Shown: piece after piece, positions 12,345-23,700 of the stretch
How positions within the stretch are numbered: position 1 is the stretch's first letter
Layout of the letters: each line of letters opens with the position of its first letter
Assembly (NCBI GenBank): GCA_964187785.1
Contig: OZ076409.1
Location: 68,140,001 to 68,204,000 of the forward strand
Source of the DNA: Amphiscolops sp. MND2022
Lineage: Eukaryota
Reading direction: 5' to 3'
Length of the DNA stretch: 64,000 nt
Notes under the pieces: generated by a model
Database searches by the model: none
Told to the model about the DNA's origin: nothing
Seen by the model: only the letters and a program-made list of their open reading frames with translations
Translations under genes and position numbers: made by a program

Positions 12345-12595
12345 TGGATACGTCATCATGCGATATGATTACTATTATTATGCATCACTGCGCGCAGTTG
12401 TAACTCTCAGTATACGTCATTATGTGTTTCAACCATTAATGAGTATACGTCACTATACGTATTTGTGACTTTCATTATGCGTCATTATGCGGTTTATGCA
12501 GTGATGAATATACGTCAGTATACATATTTTCTCATCCAAATTTATATGCGTCATCCCACGGTTCAAGGAGTAGCGAGTACTCGGCATTGTGCGTT
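12345..12595 (+). repeat. Array 3 of 32-36 bp units, core TATRCGTCA-N-TATRCG (8 units)
   Basis: Cores at 12347, 12379, 12411, 12444, 12476, 12509, 12545 and 12578. Shares the 12-mer TTCAAGGAGTAG (12562-12573) with array 1 (6835-6846). Confidence 0.88.
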
Positions 12596-12734
12596 TCTCG
12601 CTATGTTCCTTTTAATTTGAAGGATTAACTTTATGCTTCCATATATAGTGTTAAAAGTCCATAAAATATCGTTGTTTAATACCTTTCTAGGGTCTTTTAG
12701 ACAGCGGAATCGTTTCTGTATGTCATGATATGAT

Positions 12735-12752
12735 GACTCATAGTATATAAAT
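12735..12752 (+). promoter_or_regulatory. Candidate LTR core promoter (TGACTCA site plus TATATAAATA box)
   Basis: Both motifs lie ~300 bp upstream of the gag-like ATG at 13044 and just downstream of array 3. Function is inferred. Confidence 0.4.
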
Positions 12753-13043
12753 AGAATGACGACATTCTGACGAGGCGCTATTATTAGGTTTTCCCGGAAA
12801 TGATGCTAGTAAAATTGCGTGTCATCCTTTTGTAATTTTTGGATTTTCTTTAGAAATAGAAGGAGCTAACACAATTTGAATTACTTTCCTCAAGTCCAGT
12901 CCGTTTTTACTGGACCATAAAGCAATCATTGTAAATCATCTTCATATTTGGACTTCCTAAACAACACAGTCTATTTTCATACAAACTTTCATCTCAAATT
13001 CAAATTCTTGACCCTGCAAATCGATCGTTTTCACTTGAGAAAG

Positions 13044-13620
13044 ATGGGGAATAAGAGAAACAGGAGATCTAGAAGGCTAGAAACACCGTCTCCAGACAGA
13101 AACCCAATTGAGGCACAAGTAGATACGTCAACTCAAGGTAATGAGACTTTGACTAATTTTAACTCAGTTTTACAGGAGAATTTAGGTGAAAACGTCTCAG
13201 AAAACCCAATGGTTGAACCAAGCCAAATTAGTAACGAAATCCAAGCTTGGACCCAGATTATAGAACAAAAGAATAATGATAGAATCGAGAGAATGAGAGA
13301 AGAAATAGACAACAAGTTTGAAGCAATTCTGAAAGAAATCAAGTCAAACAAAAGTGCATCGACAGTAACAAACCCAAGATCAGAGCTTAATGAAAATCAG
13401 GAACCCCAAGCGTCGGGGTCTAAAACTAACAAGTCTACAGGAGTTCACGCATCTTTAAACGAAAATTCAGATTCAGAAAATGAAGATCATCCTCTAAGAG
13501 CTTCTAAAATGAAAGACTTGAGACATCCTGCTAAGCCTATGTTTCGGGATGAATCAGATGTAGATGTAACAATACACTCAGACGAAGAATCTGATGCAGA
13601 GTCCTTAGAGGATTATCACA
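13044..13620 (+). CDS. Gag-like N-terminal ORF truncated at the element end
   Basis: Basic start MGNKRNRRSRR, coiled coil (IQAWTQIIEQKNNDRIERMREEIDNKFEAILKEIK) and acidic tail. The frame runs to ...DYH at TATCACA and stops 14 nt later in apparent flanking DNA. Confidence 0.55.
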
Positions 13621-14167
13621 CACGGTCAGAGTAATGCGAAGTACTGATGAAAAGCAATGAATCAATTTTCCGCCAGGGCAACATGTTGCAAAAAGTGTTT
13701 ACTACTCATAGGGGTAAGACTTTAGGAGTTTTAATTACCTATTTTTTTGTAAACTGTCCGAAACAAAAAGGAGAAATACCCTATGAAGCCAAAAAAATTT
13801 GACGAAAAAAACGCAGAATGAAAACTTTGTACGGTCTCAAAGTGCGAAAAATCCAACTTGCTCATGGAAAAGACACTTCGGGATTTCAAGACAACCATTC
13901 TGAAGCTCCTAAAAATTTTTCGGATGAACTTCAAAAAGCAAATCAAAACTGGGGACGTATCAGTGGCAAAAAAATGGACGCCATCCTGCTTCGAGGTGAT
14001 TTTGTAGTTCATGTTAGAGGCTTTGGTTGCGTTCACAAGTACTTACAACTTTTTGTATATGTGCGAAGTTAACAAAAAGAAGACCGATTGTGATGAATCG
14101 ACGAAAAAATACTAGAAATATATACTAGAAATAGAAATAGAAATACTACAAATGATTGCTTATAAAT

Positions 14168-14474
14168 TGTTGAAAGTGACTTCCAAATTTCGCATCAATG
14201 AAAACAACTCATCAATGAAAATTCATCAATGGATACTAGAGACTTGAAACTTAAAACTGCTTAACAATTGTCTTGAAACTGTTGAAAACATTCTGATATC
14301 TCCAAAACTTGATGAAATTCTTCCGTTACTCCACTTTTCCTCTCACAGCAAAGCAAACTGACCCAGATTTCTGAGACGGGTCAAAATACGTTATGTTTTT
14401 TTATTTTCTTTGTCCCCCTCAGAAATCTGGGTCAATTCAGTAAACGGCCGTCAACTTAAATTAACGGATCAGCA
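14168..14474 (+). repeat. BEL-1 5' LTR
   Basis: TGTTGAAAGTGAC...GATCAGCA, homologous to 20430-20727. Confidence 0.85.
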
Positions 14475-17400
14475 TTTTTTCTATGGTGCCGCGACTAATG
14501 TGACGTTCCCTTTGGACCTTTTTAGCAGTTTGGAGCTGTCGTCCTCTGAAGTTTCGTCATCTACACTAACCCGGTGAGCCTGTTCCAAAAAAGCACGCTT
14601 CACGTGCGAAGGTTTTTTTGTTAGTGCAATTTGAGAAACCATGGTTCGGTTCAAGTGAAAAAAGTCATTATGTCGAAAAAACTGCTTCGAAGCCGGAACA
14701 TACTAAAAGACGAGCTCGAAGAGGCACAAGAAAGGCTCTTGTCCTATGTCAGGAGGGTTGGACGTTACGTTACGTTGAAAAACAATTGAAAACATGCAAA
14801 GAAATACTTTCAGAGACTGATGAGAAAATCCTTCAACTAATTGAAAGCGCTGAGCACTAATCCGAAAACGAACTATATCCGCAGTGGATTAGCAAAACTA
14901 GCGAAGAAAATGATGCATTTTGTGCTCAGGTTAGAAAATACTTGAAGCAGGGAAAATCACCCAGTGATACGCTCAGCAGCATAGTTAGAAAGTCAACAAA
15001 TTCCACAGCATCGTCTGAAAAACTCCGACTTGAAGCTAGCTTACGTCCACAAGAACTAGAACGACGAGCCGAAGAGAACTTTTGTCTTGCTAAAGCAACA
15101 ACTGACTCAGAGTTGATGCAATTGGAAGAAAAAAACCGACGGCAAGTAGCAGATGCAAAAATTCTTGAAGAGCTTTTCGACGAAACTATTTCTAAGAAGA
15201 AATCGAGTAGTACGTCATACGAATCGTCTACTCAGCGAACTGAAAAATGGGTAACTGAAGTTGCAGAAACATGTTTTCAACAACCAAGGATTGATACCGA
15301 AAGCAATCCAATCGTCACCGAAGCTGTTCATGTGAACGCTAACTCAGTCCCGGAAGATGTTCATAGAGTACGATCAGTTCTAATTAGTCAACCATTCTCC
15401 GTTGCTACGCAGTCTCAAGGTACTTTGCTTGATTTGGAACGGATCCAACTACACAAGGAATCCCACTTCGACTCTCAAGCGAATTCATTTCACGTTCAGA
15501 AACCCATCTCACTATTTGACGAAGCCCTCTCCAACGTGTCTCTTACAAAGAACAGTTTCAGCAGAATTACAGGAAACGAGTCTCTCGAAAACAACCAAAA
15601 GTCAACTCCATCACGTCAGCATACATCAATACGCGATAACAATGTTGACGACAGTCCCCAGACAAATGTCAGCGTAAGACCTGTCATCCACGAAAATCTT
15701 TGACTGCAGACTAACATACCAGAAAAGGTTGAAATCTTCAATCAGCAACCGACCAAAAGACCACCAACCGCTGTTCCAGAACCTCCCGCAACGCGTAATA
15801 CAGTTGAAGAAATTGTAGCAAGAAATCATGTTCATAACGTTTGGCCCTCAAAGGAGCTACCGAAGCATATAAACGTGTGCACCTCTCCTTCTTATAGCAA
15901 TTGTCAGCCGGTCTCTCAAAACGACATTGATCAACCGTCAAAAACAACTTGTGTTTCAAACCTGTTTGTGGCCCAACAGCCAATCCTATACAACACTTCT
16001 CATCAACATTTAGCCGCCTATCATTCCTTCCGACAAGAATCTGATCAGCCAATGGCTTACCAACCGTTAGGTTCTCATCAACCAGCCCTTGATATTCTGA
16101 CTTTCAACTCGAAACTTTCAGTTCCTTACCGACAAGAAGCTGATTGTATTTACCAAACCGCCCATCAGACACCAGTTGCACACCGTACACCGTCTAGTAA
16201 AGGAAGAACATCGCTCAAGCACCCATGCTAACAGTCACAACTCATGTGGTAACCCTACTACCATCTATCAACGCCCAGCTGTTTCTTACCGACCAGGAAC
16301 AGACAACCCCCACACGGTGCCGACAACTTAGCCGAACTTCTCGCTTTTGACAAGCGGGATCCATTGTCCGAATGGAAGTTAAGTTGCTTCGATGGAAACC
16401 CTGTGGATTGGCTCGAATGATTTGGCCAATTCAAAAGTGTCATCGATTTTTCTCACCTCTCCAACGATGTCAAATCAACCTAACTGAAAACGTAAGTTTC
16501 GGGGAAAGCTAAAGCCGCTATTCCATATTCGCCTACTGTGGAACAATGTACGAAGAAGCACTTCGAACCTTGCCACGGAAGTTTGGACAACCACAGGCAG
16601 TTGTGTCAGCATACTTGGAGAGACTTTCGAAATACCCGCTCGTGAAAACACATTCTTCGGAAAGCATCATAGACTTCGCTACAACGATGGGAAGTCTTGT
16701 TGGTGTTTTCAAATCTGTTGGATACGAAGCCAATTTGAACAGCACCAGCGTTTTGAATCAAGCTGAACTTCTGCCCAACCTCAAAGAAGCATGGTTATTG
16801 TTCACTGTCAAACAGTCTCTAGAGCGACCGTCACTTCAAGAGTTCAACACATGGCTTCAGCAAAAGGTCGAAGCGCATGATCGCATGCAGACTGTTCACT
16901 CTCAGTCATCGTCGTCGCCAATCTACAGCAAGCAGCCGAGCCAATTACCCCAGCAGCCGAAGATCAAATTCACCAAACGTTTCTCGTCATCCGCAAAAGA
17001 AAAAAAGAAAACAGCGAATATCACAAAAACATCTGTCCATGTGTTCAGGAGCTCATTTGCTGTATCGCTGCAGCAAATTCCGCAACCAAACTACAAACGA
17101 ACGCATCAGGTTCGCGGTTGAGAAAAATTTGTGTTTCTCATGTCTACAAGGAACGCATTCATTCCGCCAATGCCCTACAAAATACTCATGTCTAAAACAA
17201 GGATGCAAAAGCTCTCACAGTGTTTTGCTTCATGGGGCGGAACGCGTGTTCTCAAAGTCATCATCATCAGTACCACAGCTTCAAAACACAGCCGAATCTT
17301 CATCAAAGAACTCTACAATCGCAGCCGCAATAACTTGTAAAAATCTTCTGCAGTTAGCAGAGGTAAACATTGCGTATAAGGGTAGAACTCGAAGAGTCCT

Positions 17401-20400
17401 TGCGATGCTGGATTCTGGAAGTACCCATACTTGGATCGCCGAAAACATTGCCGAAGAACTTGGTCTGCCCGGAGAAGAGCAGAGCATTCGACTTTTCGGC
17501 ATCAACAACGAAAAGGACTCACCACCAAAACGCGTAGCTTTCAACGTCACCGCAGCACATCATAGTAACATACAACATTCCTCACATGAAGTCTACGCTT
17601 ACACAAAAGCCAACCTTAGCATTGGTAAGGTTTCATAAAAAGTCACATCCTTGAAGAAGACATATCAACAGCTAAACCTTTGCCAAACGTCGTCGTCAAC
17701 TACCAAGACGTTGTCCTACGTCTTGATCAAGATCCCTACGAGTGCATCCAACCACTTGAATACAGAGTCGGTCAGCCCAACCAACCTATCGCAGTGCGCA
17801 CAGCCCTTGGATGGGTCCTTGTGGTCATGTGTCCAATCAAGCTTTGAAAGAATGTTCCACCTTTAAAGTTGTCGCCACTAAGATCAACACCTAGCCAACC
17901 AGGTTCAACATTGGAGGGAACTAGAGTCATATGGTTCCAGCAAAACTGGTGACCCACAATCATTGGAAGATCAAAATGCCTTGAAGATTTTGGAAGCTAC
18001 AACATATCACGATGGAAGCTGCTTTGTCGTGGGAAAGTTGTGGTCTTCTGAAGCGTCCTCTTTGCCGATCAATTATTACTACGCCTTAGCACAGCTTCGA
18101 GCTTTGGAGAAACGCCTTGACCGGGACCCAGCACTGAAAGAAAGATATGCCAGCATAATCAAAGAAGACATACAGAAAGAATACGTGATAGAAGTACCAT
18201 CTGCAGAAATTTTTGGAACGTCTCTTCGTCAATGGTATTCACCCAACCAACCAGTACAACACCCGCTCAAACCGGACAATGTTCGTAGAGTACTAAATGG
18301 AGCGGTAAAGTTCTGCGATGTAACGCTAAACTCAACCCTTCTTTGTGGACCTGTTCTTCTTCAAAATTTGCTACAATTTTTTGTTAAGGTTTCGACAACA
18401 CCAATATGCCGTCTCAGCTGACATAGAGGAATTGTTTCTTCAAGAGGGTGTACCAGAAAAAAACCAACTGTCTTTACGATTCCTCTGGAGAGATACTCCT
18501 TCAAAAGTAATCAAAGTCTACCAGTACACACGTCACCTCTTTGGTGCAAAAGACAACCCAACTTGGACCAACTACGCCACGAACAGAACGGGCGTAGACA
18601 ATGCAGCCAAGTTTCCTGAATCAGCTCTCGCTGTGAAACAAAATTTCCACATGGATGACTACTTAGATTCGCGTCCAACTTTGAGTCACTAGAGAATGAT
18701 CTCATCCAACTCCTTTCAAATGGGGGCTTCAAGCTAATAATCAGCAATGCCCCACTGCTAGCAGACCGCCTCAACACTTTCGCCTATTCACATCACAACC
18801 GACAAACAAAATTGTCTTCTGCCAGCTCGATACAAAACAATTTAGGAAAACCCCAACAAACACGATTTCATCCCCACGACAGAGAACCAGCGAATCCACA
18901 CAACTTGGATCCTCTAAAGTATCTCATCCCAGTCCGAGATAACAAACTACTAGACCTAGTGCATTGAAAGTTAACGCAATGGAAAACATAATACCAGTAA
19001 AAAAAGATGTCATTTGGAGACGCAGTCCACACTTCACCGTCAGAAGCTGCACATGCCACGTGTCCCGAGTCTTCAAAAATCAAGCAATGCGAGGATTGTC
19101 CAAGTTTTGCCTCAATAGCATCACCTGGAACTCCAGCAAACCCATCCGTGCTTGGTTTCCGTTGGAATACCGATCAAGACACCCTGATTGTTAGTCGTGG
19201 AACTACTCCAGACTTGATCGGGAAGACAATTACGCAGCGACTTGTTCTTAGTACCGTATCTTCAGTTTTTGATTCCATCCGGACTAATTGCTCCGTTCGC
19301 CATAAGAGCCCTTCTACTCTTGAAACAACTCTGGAAGAGCACCGGTCAACAATGGGACGAAAAAAATCCCGAAGATTCACAATCAAAGTTCCTGGAATGG
19401 TGTTCTGAACTTGAGAACGTATCAAAAATTGCAGTACCTAGAGTCTTTTCCAGAAGCCGAACTGGCTGTACGAGCTTCATGTTTCTGGCGATGCGTCAGT
19501 TGAAGCCATCGCCGCATGCGCCTACCTTCGACAGCCAGACGGTAGGGCAGATAAAAGAAGCCAAACAGCTTTCATAATTGGAAAAATCCCAGTGGCCCCA
19601 ATGAAACTGCTAACTATTCCCAAACTTCAAGCCGCTTTGCTCGCATCACGTTTGAAACGTTTCGTCGAAGATTCACTAGTTATACCCATCAACAAAGTCA
19701 ATCTGTGGACCGACAGTACCACTGTTTGCCAATGCATTACAAAATCTGCTTCAAAACAACCAATTTTCATCACTAATCGCCTTTCAGAGATTCTAGAGCT
19801 CACAGCAATGGATCAATGGAAGTTTGTTCCTAGTAGCCTCAACCCTGCTGACTGTTCTACAGGGGTTTCCCTGCAAACTGTCGCATATCCCAACTCTCAG
19901 TTCCAAGCAAAATATGACCCATCTTCAGCGAAAACATGTTTGAAAGAATCAGAAGAAGAAAACGAAGAAGAAGAAAAAGAAGAAGAAGAAAGCCGACAAT
20001 CAGCAGCTACAATATCCAGACAAATAGTTTCCGCAGCCCTTCAATATAATTTTAGGCCACAAGTGATTCCTTCGAATCGTTTCAGCAACAACAATAAACT
20101 ACTACGAGTTTTTGCATACAATTTGTGCCTTCTCCAAAGTCATTTTGTGTTAAGACAAACTACTAAAATTTCACACCCTGAAGAATACCTAACTTCATTC
20201 TTTCTCTGAAGGAATCTTTTGCCGAAGAACTCAAACACCTACGGAGGAATCAAAATCTTCCGAGTCACTCGCCACGCGGAAACTACCCTTTGGCCCGGGT
20301 GTGCGAGGTTTACTCTGACAGCAAGGGAGTTGCAAGATCTGCCAAAATTATGACCAGGGAGGCAGTTTTGATGCGCCCTGTCAATAAATTGGCCAGATTG

Positions 20401-20429
20401 TGGAACGTCAACAACGCTACCCCCAAAGA

Positions 20430-20727
20430 CGTTAAAAGTGACTACCAAAATTCGCATGAATGAAAACTCATGAATGAAAACTCATCAATGGAAATTAGTG
20501 ACTTGAAACTCGAAATTGCTAAAAAAATTTCTTTAAACTGTTAAAAACCTTCTGATGTCTCTAAAATTTGATGGAATTCTTTTGTTACTCCGTTTTTCCT
20601 CTCACAGCAATGAAAACTGACCTAGATTTCAGAGACGAGTCAAACTACGTTGTGCTTTTTTGTTTGTTCCCTCAGACATCTGGGCCATTTCGGTAACCGG
20701 CCGTCAACTTGAATTAGCGAAACAGCA
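20430..20727 (+). repeat. BEL-1 3' LTR
   Basis: (C)GTTAAAAGTGAC...AACAGCA, homologous to 14168-14474. Confidence 0.85.
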
Positions 20728-23700
20728 TTTATACTTAGCATAGTGGATCAGTCTTTGCCATCGAACTGGTCTGCGCGAGTCCGAATCTGCGACACCGCTT
20801 CTTTTTGATTTGTTTGTTCCTGTATTACTGAACTGTGATATTGATCAATTATTTAAACTGACACTTAATCTTGTTTTCTCATTTATAACATTTAACGACC
20901 GTTGCTCTTTGTGTATACGTACAAATCTGTAAACAACGTGCATAGACTTTTTTGTTGTCCCCTCGGCTGTAAATGCCTAGTTTGCTAGTTACGAACCAGC
21001 TGATAACCAGTCCCCCATTCCTCAATTCCTTGATCATGTATCTTTCATTCATACCGTCGATAAACGTAATCAAACACAGGCCTCTCACTTTGAGGCAAGA
21101 TTCTTTTCTTTAGTCCGAATTTTCTATTGAATTCCCTCACTGTAGCTTGAGAGCTGGCCTGGAACATTGGTGACTTCGTCAACAGCAGATGGTTCAAGTG
21201 GTTCAGACGGTTCTGGTGCTGTGTTGAAGCTTTATCAGTTGGATTCATCGCGGCGAGCTCACTATACGGTTAACAGCAATCCAGCAAGCCGGTGGACTAC
21301 TCGAGGATGTCCAAGTAGAGTTGGAATTCCTAAATTATTGTCGCGATATGCTGTCTGAGTTGGATGCTCAGATACATTTCATTTAAGACGCGACGACATA
21401 GAGGTCGACGTGGAGGATGGTACTGGTGTGTTCTTGGCAGCAGAAAAAGAAGTGAAGTGAAGTCAGGGCATTATCAAAAGTTGCAGCCTCCAAGCACACA
21501 CAGAGCAGCGGCTCCAGCAAGTGGCAGTCTGGCCACAAAGCTCTCTAAGCTGACCCTTCCTTCATTCACTGGTGAATACACACAGTGGGTGTTTTTCTGG
21601 GACCACTTTTAACACTGGTTGACAGCAAAGTTCACATGGCCAACGGTGAGAAGCTATGGTACATCAAGGTTTCACTGAAGGGTGATGCAGCTCAGATAGT
21701 TTCTTCCCTGTTGGTCACTGGTGCAAACTACAACAAAGCGAAGCAAAAATTAGAAAGGAGCTTCAACAACAAGTGTTCAATTTTAAAGGCGCACTTAGCT
21801 GAAATTCATGCCCGACCAGTTGTAAAGAAGGAGTCAAATGTCGAGCTGCAGAAGATGCTGGAATCGACAAATGAACTTTTGGAAGAACTAGAAACTGTTG
21901 CCTGTCAATGGCCTTTTCGTGGCACTTGCAACGGGGGGCTTCATACTTCATTGCACTCTGAACGTCCGGCCGATCAGCAAAGTGGTGTGACGAGTTGGGC
22001 AACATTCGGTAGTCTTTATGTGCTTCTGTCAACAGCAATGGTTGGCATAGATGATACAGCTGGAAAAACACTGTTGTTTTGTGCCTCGCTGGATTCTGGG
22101 ACCCAAAACGTCCTTCATCACATTGGATGCTGCATCAAATCTCAACCTTGTTCGTTCAACAGTCGATGTGAAGATCTCTGAAACTGGTGAACAGCAACAA
22201 GTCGCAAAGGAAGGCTTCAAAAGTTGCCGGTTTCAGCACTTGTTCTGAAATCAATCGCCGGTAATGTTCCTTCTACGTCCTTCATGTTGAAACAATTGGA
22301 GACAATAAGAAGTGTAGCACTAGCAGACAAAAACTTTATTGAGACTGGCGCCGTTCAATTGTTTCTGGGACCGGATGCTTACGAGGATCTCAACGAGAGG
22401 AAGAAGGATCATGGGTTGCACTATTGCAATCTATCTTAGGCTGGGTCGTGACTGAAGTGATGTCCCATACGCGTGGCTGTCGATATCAACCCTTCCAAGT
22501 TGCAGTGTGGAACTGGACCTTGCTCGAGTCTGGGTAGTAGACGAGATTTCTCGAAAGAAGTCGATATTCAAAAAAATTGTCAGTGTGTGGAACATTACGA
22601 CACTACAACCTATGTTGCAGATGACGACAGCATCCCAGTTCGTCTCCCTTTATTTTTTGAGGTACGTCCCTCAACACAGAAAACAGCCAAGAAGAGATTC
22701 TTCGCTTTGGAACAAAAACTCAAGGATCGCAAGTTTGAGAAGCGGCAGTATCATGACTTCATCGAAAAATATTTGGATATGGGTCATCTGCAAGAAGCTC
22801 CTCAGACTTCAGGCTTACGTTACTACGTACCCCACTGTCAATACAAACCTTTGTGTCTAAATGTGTCTCTCAAACTCAGTCGATGTATCAACAACAGAAT
22901 TCATTCACGTACCGTCAGAGGAGATGGGGTTGCCAGTCGATCTGTGCTCACGTGAATAGCTAGCAATGGCTCAGCAGAAGTTCTACTTAAAATGACCATC
23001 GTGGTTAGGATCATCGTTTCCTGACCATTTTCACACTCCCCTCACAAACGAGGAAACCCGACAAGAAGTCAAATCCTTGATTTCAATTCAGCGTTCGAGA
23101 AAACTTTCGAGGCGATCTTTGGTCGGGAGGAAATGGCTTTCGCCTTCTATGCGATGGTCGAAGCAGATCATGTGGTGCACTTTGAAGCCGAGTTCCGAGC
23201 CCTCCGAAATGGTGAGTCCATCAACCCGAAGAACCCATTCATGGAAAACGGCGTCATCAGTGTCGGTGGCAGATTGATCCACTCAATGACTGAGGTACCC
23301 TTCACTGGTGTTGCACCGAAGCAAACAGACAACACCTGCAATCCACGATGCCCACAAGCGAAACCTTCATGTTGGTTCCACAGAAACCGTGGAAGAAATG
23401 AGACTTCCAATCTGGGTCACACTCTCAAGGAGAAGGCGTCAGCGTGCATCAAGAAGTGTGTCACGTGCTTCCGCTTCACTTCAGGTTCAACGCATCAGCT
23501 CATGGGTGACTTGCTGAGGCTCCCGAACCTGCTCTCTATTGTGTAGACCTTGACTTCGCCGGACCTCTAACTTTGAAAAAGGCAACTCAATGTTTCAAGG
23601 GTAACAAGGCTGTTTTTGTGTTTTTAATCCAAGGCTAATCATCTAGAGGCAGTTTCGTCACTGTTATAAGATGCAAGGGTTGCAGCGCTGAGACGATGCA

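Larger units (their letters stand above)
1..13620 (+). mobile_element. Large Ty3/Gypsy LTR retrotransposon (5' part outside window) with ~8.4 kb 3' accessory region
   Basis: Gag CCHC knuckles, then pol in PR-RT-RH-IN order with a GPY motif. Homologous 33-bp arrays link 6.6 kb to 12.6 kb. A gag-like ORF ends at ...GATTATCACA (13620), the inferred right end. Confidence 0.8.
14168..20727 (+). mobile_element. Decayed BEL/Pao LTR retrotransposon (BEL-1)
   Basis: LTRs 14168-14474 and 20430-20727 (clearly diverged); PBS-like TGGTGCCGCGAC at ~14484. Fragmented gag (FDGNP, CFSCL..H..C), protease LDSGS, RT (ADIEELF, HMDDY) and RNase H (WTDS, NPAD). Most of the integrase is deleted, and only its C-terminus remains (~20270-20400). 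Confidence 0.9.

Noticed and set aside
19951..19990. Poly-Glu tract in BEL-1
   Set aside because: Simple GAA microsatellite expansion in a decayed element.
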